Below, one piece after another: positions 44,269 through 54,645 of a stretch of 63,718 bases of DNA. The notes below the pieces were generated by a model, which was not told the origin of the DNA, did no database searches, and worked only from the letters and a program-made list of their open reading frames with translations. How positions within the stretch are numbered: position 1 is the first letter of the stretch; each line of letters opens with the position of its first letter. The DNA is taken from positions 1 through 63,718 of the forward strand of contig JAITLI010000013.1 of assembly GCA_031277975.1 (NCBI GenBank), written 5' to 3'. This DNA is from Azoarcus sp. Its GTDB lineage: Bacteria > Pseudomonadota > Gammaproteobacteria > Burkholderiales > Rhodocyclaceae. A program made the translations under genes and the position numbers.

Positions 44269-45749
44269 TGCCCCCCGCATTCCATGCCCTATTCCGCGCC
44301 TATGCCGCGCCGCTCAACGCGCTCGGCCTGATTATCGCCATCTTTGGTCTGCTGATGCTTTTCCCGCTCATCGTGTCGCAGTATCTGGACGATGGCGTGG
44401 CTAGGGATTACGACTTGGCGTTCTTCGTCACTTTCTTCAGCGGCATGACACTGTTCGCGCTCACGCATCGCTACCGCCGCGACCTGCGGGTGCACGACGG
44501 CTTTTTCCTCGTCGCGGCCACCTGGATCACTCTGCCCGTGTTTGGCGCATTGCCGCTGTCCAGCCACCTGCCCGGGCTATCGTCGATCGACGCCTATTTC
44601 GAAGCCGCCTCCGGATTGACCGCCACCGGGGCCACCCTGCTCGACGGCCTCGACGACCTGCCGGTGTCGATCAATCTGTGGCGCACCTTCATGCACTGGA
44701 TCGGCGGCATGGGGATCATCGTGCTGGTGGTGGCCATCCTGCCGGTACTGGGCATCGGCGGCCGCCAGCTTTTCAAGACCGAAGTCCCCACTCCGATGAA
44801 GGAAAGCAGCCTCACCCCGCGCATCGCGGAAACCGCCAAGGGACTCTGGATCACCTACATCCTCCTCACCTTGGGTTGCGGTCTGGCGCTGCGCCTGGCC
44901 GGAATGGAAAACTGGGACGCGGTCATCATGGCCTTCTCGGTCTCGGGTCTCGGCGGCTTCTCCAACCACGACAGTTCGCTGGCCTATTTCGACAATGCCG
45001 CCGTCGAAGTGGTGGTGATGGTGTTCGCGCTCGCCTCGGCGCTGAATTTCGCCACCCACTATCTCGCGCTTTCGCGGCGTTCGTTCGCCCCTTACCGGCG
45101 CGATCCGGAAATTCCGTTCTTTTTCGGCGTACTGGCGGGCAGCATCGTCCTGCTGCTCGTATACCTGATGCAGTCGGACATTCACGCGGAATTTTTCGCC
45201 ACCCTGCGCCGCGTCAGTTTCCATGTGGTGTCGATGTCGACCTCGCTCGGGCTGACCACCTGCGATTACACGGCATGGCCGATGTTCCCCCAACTCTGGC
45301 TCTTGTTCCTGGGCAGCTTCGTCGCCTGCTCCGGTTCGACCGGCGGCGGCATCAAGATGATGCGCGCGATCATCCTCTACAAGCAGGTGTTGCGCGAATT
45401 CATTCGCGCCCTGCACCCCAACGCCGTGCGCCCGGTACGGCTGTCCGGCCAGCCGGTAAGCGAGGGCATGCTGCATGCCGTGCTCGGTTTCAGCTTCATG
45501 TACATGGTGAGCATTGTCTCGCTCACTTTGCTGCTGTCGGCGACCGGCCTCGAACTCATCACCGCTTTTTCCGCCGTGGTCACCTGTCTCAACAATACCG
45601 GCCCCGGATTGGCCGCGGTCGGCCCCGCCGCCAACTTCCAGGCGCTGAGCGACTTCCAGACCGCCGTGCTTGCCTTTGCCATGATCCTGGGGCGGCTGGA
45701 AATATTCACCTTGCTGGTCGTGCTCACCCCGGCGTTCTGGCGGCGATAA
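44268..45749 (+). CDS. trkH: Trk potassium uptake membrane subunit
   Basis: FEAASGLTATGA, WIGGMGII, GSTGGGIK, NNTGPG, GRLEIF. Confidence 0.95.
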   Translation: MPPAFHALFRAYAAPLNALGLIIAIFGLLMLFPLIVSQYLDDGVARDYDLAFFVTFFSGMTLFALTHRYRRDLRVHDGFFLVAATWITLPVFGALPLSSHLPGLSSIDAYFEAASGLTATGATLLDGLDDLPVSINLWRTFMHWIGGMGIIVLVVAILPVLGIGGRQLFKTEVPTPMKESSLTPRIAETAKGLWITYILLTLGCGLALRLAGMENWDAVIMAFSVSGLGGFSNHDSSLAYFDNAAVEVVVMVFALASALNFATHYLALSRRSFAPYRRDPEIPFFFGVLAGSIVLLLVYLMQSDIHAEFFATLRRVSFHVVSMSTSLGLTTCDYTAWPMFPQLWLLFLGSFVACSGSTGGGIKMMRAIILYKQVLREFIRALHPNAVRPVRLSGQPVSEGMLHAVLGFSFMYMVSIVSLTLLLSATGLELITAFSAVVTCLNNTGPGLAAVGPAANFQALSDFQTAVLAFAMILGRLEIFTLLVVLTPAFWRR

Positions 45750-45827
45750 TATGTTCATGTGTCATCGCGTGTTCCTTTCGGCGAGTAATAATATATATTT
45801 ATTGCCTTCCCGCCCCGAGGAACCGAT

Positions 45828-46889
45828 GTGAGCCACCTCAAGAACGACCTTTTCCTGCGCGCATTACTGCGTGAACCGACACCCCATACGCCTGTCTGGC
45901 TGATGCGCCAGGCAGGCCGCTACCTGCCCGAGTATTGCCAGACGCGCAAGCGCGCGGGCAGTTTCCTCGCCCTGTGCAAAAATCCGGCGTTCGCCTGCGA
46001 AGTCACGCTGCAACCGCTGACGAGATTCGGGATTGATGCTGCGATCATTTTTTCGGACATTCTCACCGTGCCCGACGCCATGGGTCTCGGCCTGTATTTC
46101 TCCGAGGGCGAAGGACCTAAATTCGAGCGCCCGCTCACCCGGGAATGGGAGATACGCAAGCTCGCCGTACCCGATCCAAATGTCGAATTGCGCTATGTGG
46201 TGGACGCGGTCGCCGAAGTCCGCCGCGCGCTCGATGGCCGCGTGCCCCTGATCGGCTTCTCCGGCAGTCCGTGGACGCTCGCCTGCTACATGATCGAAGG
46301 CGGATCGAGCGCCAATTACCACACGGTCAAGGCGCTGGCCTACACCCGACCCGACCTCATGCACCACATTCTCGACGTCACCGCGCGGACAGTGACCGCC
46401 TATCTCAACGCCCAGATCGAAGCCGGCGCGCAGGCGGTCATGGTGTTCGATTCCTGGGGCGGCGCGCTTTCCGAAGCCGCTTACCGCGAATTCTCACTCG
46501 CCTACCTGCGGCGGATCGCCGCCGGCCTCATCCGCGAACGGGAAGAGCGGCGCGTCCCGAGCATCGTGTTTACCAAAGGCGGCGGCCTGTGGCTGGAAGC
46601 CATCGCCGCCAGCGGCTTCGACGCGGTCGGTCTCGACTGGACGATGGACATTGGCCGCGCCCGCGCCCTCGTCGGCGAACGCGTCGCGCTCCAGGGCAAC
46701 CTCGATCCCGCCGTGCTCCTCGCCCCTCCGGAGATCATCGCCGCCGAAGCGCGCCGCGTGCTCGACGCTTTCGGCCCCCATCCCGGCCACGTTTTCAACC
46801 TCGGGCACGGCATCTCGCAGCACACCCCACCCGAGAACGTCGAAGCGCTGGTCGAAGCCGTGCACAACCACCGTCCGCAAGAGCAATGA
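45828..46889 (+). CDS. hemE: Uroporphyrinogen decarboxylase
   Basis: [32 protein letters not shown]. Confidence 0.97.
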   Translation: MSHLKNDLFLRALLREPTPHTPVWLMRQAGRYLPEYCQTRKRAGSFLALCKNPAFACEVTLQPLTRFGIDAAIIFSDILTVPDAMGLGLYFSEGEGPKFERPLTREWEIRKLAVPDPNVELRYVVDAVAEVRRALDGRVPLIGFSGSPWTLACYMIEGGSSANYHTVKALAYTRPDLMHHILDVTARTVTAYLNAQIEAGAQAVMVFDSWGGALSEAAYREFSLAYLRRIAAGLIREREERRVPSIVFTKGGGLWLEAIAASGFDAVGLDWTMDIGRARALVGERVALQGNLDPAVLLAPPEIIAAEARRVLDAFGPHPGHVFNLGHGISQHTPPENVEALVEAVHNHRPQEQ

Positions 46890-46938
46890 AAACGAAACCG
46901 CCAGGGGGCACATAAAAAAATGTGCCCGGCCTCTTGAC

Positions 46939-47137
46939 TTATGCACATGGGTGCCGCATTCGTTCCGCCGCGCCAGGAAATGCAGCGTTTATGCAGCCTT
47001 TTGGATAACACGATGATTAGCAAGGATTATTTTCATGCCTCACGATGAGGCAAAACGTTGAAACTGTCGCAACGGTGCCGGTTGCGGAGCGCTGTACCCG
47101 GTTTGCTCACAAAGTTATCCACAACAACTGTGGGCAA
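46939..47137. promoter_or_regulatory. DnaA-box cluster
   Basis: TTATGCACA 46939, TTTGGATAA 47000, TTGCTCACA 47103 (weak), TTATCCACA 47115, TGTGGGCAA 47129. Confidence 0.7.
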
Positions 47138-47291
47138 GCCAAAAGCCCCCTTTCCCAGCAGGTGTTTAACCTGCTTTCCTGCGAACCCGCCTCAAATCAT
47201 CGCCCTAACCCGTTGATGTGCGCGTCTTCCGCGAATCCACGGCAGATCCCTGCCACAAGCCCTTAAATTCCGGCGCCTCGCCGCATCCGCA

Positions 47292-49478
47292 ATGTCCGTC
47301 GTCCGCGTCGCCATTCCCGTTCCCTTGCCGCGCCTCTTCGATTACCTGGCCGAAGACGCCACGGCGGCGGATATTGGCCGCTGCGTGCGCGTGCCTTTCG
47401 GGCGTGGCGAAAAAAGCGGCCTGATCCTGTCCCTGCCCGCGAGCGCCGCGGTCGATCCCGCCCAACTGAAACCCATCACCCGCATCCAGCGCGACATCCC
47501 CGCCCTACCGCCCGACTGGATCGAACTGGTCGAGTTCACCGCCCGCTACTACCACGCCCCGCCCGGAGAAGTCGTGGCGCTCGCCCTGCCGCCGGGATTG
47601 CGCCGCGCCAACGGCGCCAGCGGCAACGATACCGACCCCCTGCTCACCCTTACCGCGGCGGGGCGCACGGCGCTCGCCGCAAACCGTCGCGACAGCCGGG
47701 CGCTCGCCCTCGTGCGCGAACTCGCCGCGCACGGTGATGGCGTCTCGCCCCTGCGCCGCAGCGCCATCCGCCAACTGGCCGCCGGAGCCGCCACGCGTGA
47801 CGCGCTTGCGCGCGGCTGGCTCGCCATTCACATGGATGATGACAAAGCGCGACAGCGCGTCGGCCCCCTGCCCGATCTCACCGCCGGACAGGCCAACGCG
47901 CTTGCCGCCTGCCGCGCCGCGCCCCCTGGCTTCGTCCCGTGGCTGCTCGCCGGCGTCACCGGCAGCGGCAAGACCGAAGTTTACTTGCGCCTGGCCGCCG
48001 ACGCGCTCGCCGCTGGCCGCCAAGTGTTGATGCTTGTCCCGGAGATCGCGCTGACGCCGCAACTGGAAGCGCGCGTGAACGCGCGCTTTCCCGCCGCCCG
48101 CGTCATCAGCCTGCATTCGGCGCTCGCCGAAGGCGCGCGCGCGCGCGGCTTCGTGCAGGCGCTCACCGGTCATGCCGACATCGTGCTCGGCACCCGGCTG
48201 GCGGTGTTTACCCCGCTGCCGCGGCTGGGATTGATCCTGATCGACGAAGAGCATGACGCCTCCTACAAACAACAGGAAAGCATTCGCTACTCGGCGCGCG
48301 ACCTCGCGGTCTGGCGGGCGCGCCAGCGCGGCGTGCCGGTCGTGCTCGGCTCGGCCACCCCCTCGCTGGAAAGCTGGCGGCACGCCCAGCGCGGCCACTA
48401 CCGCCTGTTGCGGCTCGGCGCGCGCGCGCTGGCCGCCTCCCTGCCCACGGTGAAGACCATCGACACCCGCCGCCAGAGCCTCGACGAAGGGTTGAGCGCG
48501 GCGTTGCGGCAAGCCATCGCCGCGCGGCTCGAACGCGGCGAACAAAGCCTGGTATTCCTCAACCGCCGAGGCTATGCGCCGGTATTGTCCTGCCCGGCCT
48601 GCGGCTGGATCAGCCAATGCCCGCACTGCTCGGCCAACCGCGTCGTTCACCTCGCCGACCGGCGGCTGCGCTGCCATCACTGCGGCGGCGACAGCCCCAT
48701 CCCCCGCGCCTGCCCGGTATGCGGCAACCAGGACATCCGCCCCTTCGGGCGCGGCACGCAAAGAATCGAAGCCCGGCTTGCCGCCCTCTTTCCCGCCGCG
48801 CGGATACTGCGTCTCGACCGCGACGCCGCCCGCACCCGCGCGCAATGGGAAGCGCTGCTAGCCATCATCGCCGCTGGCGAAGCCGACATCCTCGTCGGCA
48901 CCCAGATGATGGCCAAGGGACACGATTTTCCCCGCCTCACCCTCGTCGGCGTCCTCGGCGCCGACGCCTCCCTTTACGCCGCCGACTTCCGCGCGCCCGA
49001 GCGCCTATTCCAGCAACTAATGCAAGTCGGCGGCCGCGCCGGTCGCGCCGCGCTGCCCGGCGAAGTGCTCGTCCAGACCGAATACCCGCAACACCCGCTC
49101 TACCGCTGCCTCGCCCGCCACGACTTCGACGCCTTCGCCGCCATGGAACTCGACAACCGCCGCGCCGCCGCTTTCCCGCCGTTCTCGCACCAAGCCATGC
49201 TGAAAGCCGACGCGCCGCAACTGGCCGGCGCCGTAGACTTCCTGCGCCAGGCGCGCGAACTGGCCGCGCCGCTCGCGCCGCCGCCTGTCCATCTCTTCGA
49301 CCCGGTACCCATGCGCCTCACCCGCCTCGCGCGACGCGAGCGCGCCCAATTGCTGATCGAAGCCAGCCAGCGCGGCGCGTTGCAGGATTTCCTTGCCCGC
49401 TGGCTGGAATGTATCCACGCCCTGCGCGCGCCCCGCGAACTGCGTTGGCAAGTCGATGTGGACCCGCTGGAAGTATGA
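47292..49478 (+). CDS. priA: Primosomal protein N' (PriA)
   Basis: GVTGSGKTEVY, DEEHD, SATP, LNRRGYAP, four CxxC pairs, QVGGRAGR. Confidence 0.97.
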   Translation: MSVVRVAIPVPLPRLFDYLAEDATAADIGRCVRVPFGRGEKSGLILSLPASAAVDPAQLKPITRIQRDIPALPPDWIELVEFTARYYHAPPGEVVALALPPGLRRANGASGNDTDPLLTLTAAGRTALAANRRDSRALALVRELAAHGDGVSPLRRSAIRQLAAGAATRDALARGWLAIHMDDDKARQRVGPLPDLTAGQANALAACRAAPPGFVPWLLAGVTGSGKTEVYLRLAADALAAGRQVLMLVPEIALTPQLEARVNARFPAARVISLHSALAEGARARGFVQALTGHADIVLGTRLAVFTPLPRLGLILIDEEHDASYKQQESIRYSARDLAVWRARQRGVPVVLGSATPSLESWRHAQRGHYRLLRLGARALAASLPTVKTIDTRRQSLDEGLSAALRQAIAARLERGEQSLVFLNRRGYAPVLSCPACGWISQCPHCSANRVVHLADRRLRCHHCGGDSPIPRACPVCGNQDIRPFGRGTQRIEARLAALFPAARILRLDRDAARTRAQWEALLAIIAAGEADILVGTQMMAKGHDFPRLTLVGVLGADASLYAADFRAPERLFQQLMQVGGRAGRAALPGEVLVQTEYPQHPLYRCLARHDFDAFAAMELDNRRAAAFPPFSHQAMLKADAPQLAGAVDFLRQARELAAPLAPPPVHLFDPVPMRLTRLARRERAQLLIEASQRGALQDFLARWLECIHALRAPRELRWQVDVDPLEV

Positions 49479-49533
49479 GAACCGTTTGCGACTCCCGGAG
49501 ACTCCCGCGGGCACGGCGAATGCGACATATACA

Positions 49534-49566
49534 GTCATTGCGAGGAGCGCAGCGACGTGGCAATTC
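49534..49566 (+). repeat. REP-like intergenic repeat, second copy
   Basis: GTCATTGCGAGGAGCGCAGCGACGTGGCAATTC. Confidence 0.75.
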
Positions 49567-49686
49567 GGTTCGTACAAACGGAACGCGACAGGTGGATCCC
49601 TATGCCCGAAGGGCGCGGGAAGGCCCTGCTTTCCGTTTTCTGCCCGGGAAGCTGTTTACTGTCTGGCCTGGACGCCTTACGGAGGC

Positions 49687-50493
49687 TCAGCCGGACACGC
49701 CGTGCAGCATCTTGAGCACAAGCAGGACAAGCATGGCGGCGAAGGCTTTCTTCAGTATTGGCACGGGTAGCCGGTGGGCACAGGCCGCGCCGAGCGGGGC
49801 GGTGAAAACGCTCGCCGCGCCCACGAGCAGCAGGGCGGGCAGGTAAACATAGCCCAAGGTAAGAGGGGGCGCATTCGCGCTCGCCCAGCCATTGACCAGA
49901 TAGCCCACGGTTCCCGCCAGCGCGAGCGGGAAACCGATGGCCGCCGAGGTGCCAATGGCGTGGCGTGTTTCGACATTGCACCAGACCATGAAAGGCACCG
50001 AAAGCGAGCCGCCGCCGATCGCCACCAGCGCCGAGACCGCGCCGATGAAAAGCCCGGCGGCGCTCATGCCGGCGCGGCCCGGCAATTCGCGCGCGGGTTT
50101 CGGCCTGACGTTGTACAGCATCTGGCTGGCGACGAAGGTCATGAAGCAGGCGAAAAACAGCGCCAGCGGCACGGTGTTCATTCTCGCCGCGATGAAAGTA
50201 CCGGCGAAGGTGCCAACAAGAATGCCGGGTGCGATCCGGCGCACGATGTCCCAGCGCACCGCGCCGCGGGCATGATGCGCGCGCAGGCTGGAAACCGAGG
50301 TCAGCACGATGGCGGCCATCGACGTGCCGAGCGCCATATGCACCACTTGTTCGCGGGGAAAGCCCTGGGCGAGGAAAAGGGCCGTCAGCATCGGCACCAT
50401 GAGTCCGCCGCCGCCGATGCCGAACAATCCCGCGAGAAACCCCACCACGGCGCCGAGCAAGGGGTAGAACAGCCACCATGTGTCGAATGTCAT
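49687..50493 (-). CDS. Sulfite exporter TauE/SafE (TSUP) family protein
   Basis: AGLFGIGGG, ALGTS, AIGGGS, AIGTSAA; multi-TM. Confidence 0.92.
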   Translation of the reverse strand: MTFDTWWLFYPLLGAVVGFLAGLFGIGGGGLMVPMLTALFLAQGFPREQVVHMALGTSMAAIVLTSVSSLRAHHARGAVRWDIVRRIAPGILVGTFAGTFIAARMNTVPLALFFACFMTFVASQMLYNVRPKPARELPGRAGMSAAGLFIGAVSALVAIGGGSLSVPFMVWCNVETRHAIGTSAAIGFPLALAGTVGYLVNGWASANAPPLTLGYVYLPALLLVGAASVFTAPLGAACAHRLPVPILKKAFAAMLVLLVLKMLHGVSG

Positions 50494-50586
50494 GTGTTCG
50501 AAGGCATGTGCGCGGGCATTGCCGTTGTTGAAATGGCTTATTGTAGCCACCATGCCGCCCGGCCCGAAGGCGGGCGGTGAATGAAC

Positions 50587-50620
50587 GAAAAAGCGCGCCG
50601 CCGGAGCGCCGCGCTTTTTC
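50587..50620. terminator. Terminator hairpin downstream of 6S RNA
   Basis: GAAAAAGCGCG...CGCGCTTTTTC inverted repeat with A/T tails. Confidence 0.7.
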
Positions 50621-50625
50621 TGTAT

Positions 50626-50806
50626 GGGGCCCCCCGCCTGTGCCGTGTTCGCCGACTTATCCTGAACCTGGGGTTCAGGGGGTCACCTTCCTTCCGCCTC
50701 AGGCCCACCCGCGAAGGGCGCGCACACTGGCGATTTCATGGTTGGCAACCGGTCGCTCGCTATTGGTTCACGGAACTTACGGCTTTCACGAGCACCGCAG
50801 GGGATT
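50626..50806 (-). ncRNA. ssrS: 6S RNA
   Basis: Directly downstream of zapA; minus strand TCCCCTGCGGTGCTCG...CCTGAACCCCAGGTTCAGG...GGCACAGGCGGGG forms a long rod; ends approximate. Confidence 0.88.
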
Positions 50807-50848
50807 GATCGTGCACACATCGCCCGTTTCCAAGCGCGAAAATGCTTT

Positions 50849-51157
50849 CTAGAAGAGCTTTTCCTGTTGCGCCAAGACGCTTTCGATGCGTGTCTGCATA
50901 TGGGCGATTCTACGCTTCAAGGTCGGCAAGTCAAACCCGCGCCCGTGCAAAAGCTGGAGAAATTCATGGGTGACGTTGAGCGCTGTCATCACCGCGAGCG
51001 TTTCGCCGCCCGCATGGGTTTTTTGCGCCAGTTCATCGAGGCGCTGGTCGAGATAGGCGACCGCTTCGAGCAGGCTTTCTTTCTCGCGCGCGTTGCAGGC
51101 GACGTGGTATTCCTTGCCCAGAAGGCGGATGTCGAGCGTTTCGGCCTCCTTCATCAC
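50849..51157 (-). CDS. zapA: Cell division protein ZapA
   Basis: LLGKEYHVAC..E..L..AV..LD, LAVMTALN; upstream of 6S RNA. Confidence 0.9.
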   Translation of the reverse strand: MMKEAETLDIRLLGKEYHVACNAREKESLLEAVAYLDQRLDELAQKTHAGGETLAVMTALNVTHEFLQLLHGRGFDLPTLKRRIAHMQTRIESVLAQQEKLF

Positions 51158-51169
51158 GGCCTCTCCTTT

Positions 51170-51361
51170 TTATTGTGGCAGCCTGGCGAGCACGGCTTCG
51201 AGTTTTTCGGCGGCCAGGTCGACCTTGCTCGACAGCAGGCGGTTTTCGGCTTCGAGCCGGGATTTGTGCATGCGCAACTCGCGGTTTTCGTTGCGGAGCG
51301 CCGTATACACGCTGATGAGTTGTTCGAGCTGTGCTTCGAGACGGTTGAGTTCGGCGTCCAT
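51170..51361 (-). CDS. Small coiled-coil protein (ZapB-like/TIGR02449-like)
   Basis: MDAELNRLE..LRNENRELR..LARLP; upstream of zapA. Confidence 0.8.
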   Translation of the reverse strand: MDAELNRLEAQLEQLISVYTALRNENRELRMHKSRLEAENRLLSSKVDLAAEKLEAVLARLPQ

Positions 51362-51554
51362 GGGTGGTGAGCAGGGCGGAAATCGAAAGGTCAATGCGGT
51401 ACGCGGCGGGTACGGCTCGCCACGCTGCGCGGGACACTATTGCGGATGATGCTTGAGCATTCGGCTACAACATTTTGAAAATACAGGATATTCATCTTCA
51501 GGGGAATAGCGCGATACCAGAAAGTGGGCCTCCGGCGCCTCGATTGCCGTTTTT

Positions 51555-53405
51555 TTAACGTTGTGCCTGGGTCACGTCACGCACTGCGCCGGTGTCGGCG
51601 GAGGTGGTGAGCGCCGCGTAGGCTTGGAGCGCCGTTGAAACCATGCGTTCGCGCCTGGCCGGTTTCCAGGCCGCGTTGCCGAGCGCCGCCATGGCCGCCC
51701 TGCGCCGGGCAAGCTCGTCGTCGCCGACCGCCAGGCGGATGCCGCGTCCGGGAATGTCGATTTCGATGGTGTCGCCGTCTTTGATCAGGGCGATCGCCCC
51801 GCCGCAGGCGGCTTCCGGCGAAACATGGCCGATGGACAGGCCCGAGGTACCGCCGGAAAAACGTCCATCGGTCAGGAGCGCGCATTGCTTGCCGAGTCCG
51901 CGCGATTTGAGATAGCTCGTCGGATAAAGCATTTCCTGCATGCCGGGGCCACCTTTCGGGCCTTCGTAACGGATGACGGCCACGTCGCCCGCCTCCACCT
52001 TGCCGCCGAGGATGCCTTCGACAGCTTCTTCCTGGCTCTCGAAGACTTTCGCCTTGCCGGAAAATTTCCAGATCGACTCGTCAACCCCGGCGGTCTTGAC
52101 GATACAGCCTTTCTCCGCGATGTTGCCGAACAACACCGCCAACCCGCCATCCGCGCTGAAAGCGTTGGCGCGGTCGCGGATTGCGCCGTGGGAGCGGTCG
52201 AGATCGAGTTCGGGCCAGCGACGCTCCTGGCTGAACGCCTGCTGGCTCGGCACGCCGCCGGGCGCGGCGCGGTAGAAATCGAACACGGCGTTGTCGTGCG
52301 CCTGCATGACATCCCAACACGCGAGCGCATCGCCCAGCGAGGAACTATGTACCGTGGGAACCTCGCGGTGTATCAGGCCCGCGCGGTCGAGTTCGCCGAG
52401 GATGCCCATGACGCCACCCGCGCGGTGCACGTCTTCGACATGCACATCTGCCACCGCCGGCGCGACCTTGCACAGACAGGGCACGCGGCGCGACAGGCGG
52501 TCGATGTCCTTCATGGTGAAATCCACCCCCGCCTCGCGCGCGGCGGCGAGCAGGTGCAGGACGGTATTGGTCGAGCCGCCCATGGCCACGTCGAGGCTCA
52601 TCGCGTTCTCGAACGCCTCGAAACGCGCGATCGCGCGCGGCAGCACGGATTCGTCGCCGTGCTCGTAATATCGCCGCGCCATGGCAACGATGCGCCGCCC
52701 GGCCTCGCGGAACAGGCGCTCGCGGTCGATGTGCGTCGCCACCAACGTACCGTTGCCCGGCAAGGACAGCCCGAGCGCCTCGGTGAGACAGTTCATGGAA
52801 TTGGCGGTGAACATGCCGGAACACGAGCCGCAGGTCGGACAGGCGGCGCGCTCGACCGCCGCGATTTCGGCATCCGTGCAATTCGTGTCCGCCGCTTTCA
52901 CCATCGCGTCGATGAGATCGAGCGACAACAACCGTGTTTCCCACTTGACCTTGCCCGCTTCCATCGGCCCGCCGGAGACGAAAATCGCCGGGATGTCGAG
53001 CCGCAAGGCCGCCATCAGCATGCCCGGCGTGATCTTGTCGCAATTCGAGATGCACACCAGCGCGTCGGCGGTATGGGCGTTCGTCATGTATTCCACCGAA
53101 TCGGCGATCAGGTCGCGCGAAGGCAGCGAATAGAGCATGCCGCCGTGTCCCATGGCAATGCCGTCGTCGATGGCGATAGTGTTGAACTCCCGCGCCACGC
53201 CGCCCGCGGCCTCGATCTCGCGCGCCACCAGTTGCCCGAGGTCTTTCAGATGCACATGGCCGGGTACGAACTGGGTAAAACTGTTGGCGACGGCGATGAT
53301 CGGCTTGCCGAAATCCTCGTCTTCCATGCCGGTGGCGCGCCAGAGCGCCCGCGCGCCCGCCATGTTGCGGCCGGAAGTGGAAATACGGGAACGATACTGG
53401 GGCAT
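51555..53405 (-). CDS. ilvD: Dihydroxy-acid dehydratase
   Basis: [51 protein letters not shown]. Confidence 0.98.
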   Translation of the reverse strand: MPQYRSRISTSGRNMAGARALWRATGMEDEDFGKPIIAVANSFTQFVPGHVHLKDLGQLVAREIEAAGGVAREFNTIAIDDGIAMGHGGMLYSLPSRDLIADSVEYMTNAHTADALVCISNCDKITPGMLMAALRLDIPAIFVSGGPMEAGKVKWETRLLSLDLIDAMVKAADTNCTDAEIAAVERAACPTCGSCSGMFTANSMNCLTEALGLSLPGNGTLVATHIDRERLFREAGRRIVAMARRYYEHGDESVLPRAIARFEAFENAMSLDVAMGGSTNTVLHLLAAAREAGVDFTMKDIDRLSRRVPCLCKVAPAVADVHVEDVHRAGGVMGILGELDRAGLIHREVPTVHSSSLGDALACWDVMQAHDNAVFDFYRAAPGGVPSQQAFSQERRWPELDLDRSHGAIRDRANAFSADGGLAVLFGNIAEKGCIVKTAGVDESIWKFSGKAKVFESQEEAVEGILGGKVEAGDVAVIRYEGPKGGPGMQEMLYPTSYLKSRGLGKQCALLTDGRFSGGTSGLSIGHVSPEAACGGAIALIKDGDTIEIDIPGRGIRLAVGDDELARRRAAMAALGNAAWKPARRERMVSTALQAYAALTTSADTGAVRDVTQAQR

Positions 53406-53639
53406 GGGACGCTCCGGGCTGCCGGGAAAAGCATGGATTTTATACGGCTTCGCGTTCAAAGCGATAACGGTATTGCCCGGTTCGCCGTACTTCCGCACTG
53501 TTCGCGGCTCCGCGCCTCGTTTTCGCCTCGATTGCGAATCCGTCCGTGCATTTTTCCTGTGTCGCAAGCCTTTGCGTTGTTTGCCCGTTCCCGCTCGCGG
53601 TGTTACGGTTTCCGCGAATCCGTACAATCTGGAGCTTTC

Positions 53640-53888
53640 ATGCGCATCTTGACCCTCAGGATTTCCGACGAACTGGATGCCGCCTTGCGCGCTGCCAGCG
53701 CCCGCCGCCAAGTGGGCAAATCCGAGTTTGTGCGCCAAGCGCTTGGCGCGGCGCTGGAAGCCGAATCGCGGGAAACGAACGCGGCCAGCCACTGGCTGGA
53801 GCGCCGGAGCAACTGCTTGGCCCTGATGGATGCCTCCGCCCTGGACGATGCCCGCCCCGAACACCCGCCGCAAAAGCATCTGAAATAG
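53640..53888 (+). CDS. Ribbon-helix-helix (CopG-type) protein, probable VapB-like antitoxin
   Basis: [42 protein letters not shown]; not listed separately in the ORF track. Confidence 0.78.
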   Translation: MRILTLRISDELDAALRAASARRQVGKSEFVRQALGAALEAESRETNAASHWLERRSNCLALMDASALDDARPEHPPQKHLK

Positions 53889-53890
53889 CC

Positions 53891-54037
53891 ATGCGTCTCC
53901 TGCTGGACGCGGCTTTTGGGCGACCGGGGTGGAATGCTTCATCCGTTGAGAGTTCCGCCATCCACCATATAGGCGTCTGTCGTCATGGCGCTTTTCGGTG
54001 GCGCGGCGCACTATCGCGGTGCGCCGCTCGGCCCTGA
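53891..54037 (+). pseudogene. Probable truncated PIN-domain (VapC) toxin remnant
   Basis: Starts MRLLLD 2 nt after the antitoxin stop, then loses any PIN resemblance; only 48 codons. Confidence 0.45.
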
Positions 54038-54179
54038 AAATCGTTCCCATGAATATAAGTAAATTATTATATACTGCGAACATCCCTTCCCGGAGCGGGC
54101 TGTCGCGCAGTACGCGAGCGGAAGCGATGATCCCTTCAGCCACCGGGGCTTTGCACCCTTTTTTTGCAGGAGAAACACG

Positions 54180-54527
54180 ATGAGTGACACGCGGTATCAG
54201 GATACTTTCCGGAAAACCATGGGCCGAATGAAGGATTTGGCGGGCGAAATACCGGATGTCATGAAAAGTTTCCAGGATGTCGGTGCGGCGGCCATTGCTG
54301 ATGGCGCGCTCGATGCCAGGACCAAGGAATTGATCGCGCTGGCGCTGGGCGTCGCGGCGCGTTGCGAAGGCTGCGTGGCCTTTCATGCTCGGGCGTTGTC
54401 GAAACTGGGCGCGACCCGCGCCGAAGTCGCGGAAACGCTGGGCGTCGCCATCCAGATGGGCGGCGGCCCCTCGCTGATGTGGGCGACCGAGGCGCTGGCG
54501 GCGTTCGATGAATTTTCCGCCAAATGA
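54180..54527 (+). CDS. Carboxymuconolactone decarboxylase / AhpD-family protein
   Basis: [23 protein letters not shown]. Confidence 0.92.
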   Translation: MSDTRYQDTFRKTMGRMKDLAGEIPDVMKSFQDVGAAAIADGALDARTKELIALALGVAARCEGCVAFHARALSKLGATRAEVAETLGVAIQMGGGPSLMWATEALAAFDEFSAK

Positions 54528-54592
54528 CGGATTCGACAGAAAGAATCGCCATGCCCCCGGCCCGCGCGCGGCGTTTGACGGAGCCTGGACAT

Positions 54593-54608
54593 TGGCGCGG
54601 AAATTGCT
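54593..54608 (+). promoter_or_regulatory. Sigma-54 promoter of the transglutaminase/ATP-grasp operon
   Basis: TGGCGCGGAAATTGCT, near-consensus GG-N10-GC, about 40 nt upstream of the ATG. Confidence 0.78.
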
Positions 54609-54645
54609 TTGGAACGACCCATCCGCTCATCCACGGGAGGCTTCC

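Noticed and set aside
46906..46927. GGGCACAT/ATGTGCCC hairpin as the hemE terminator
   Set aside because: No U-tract follows, so its function is unsupported
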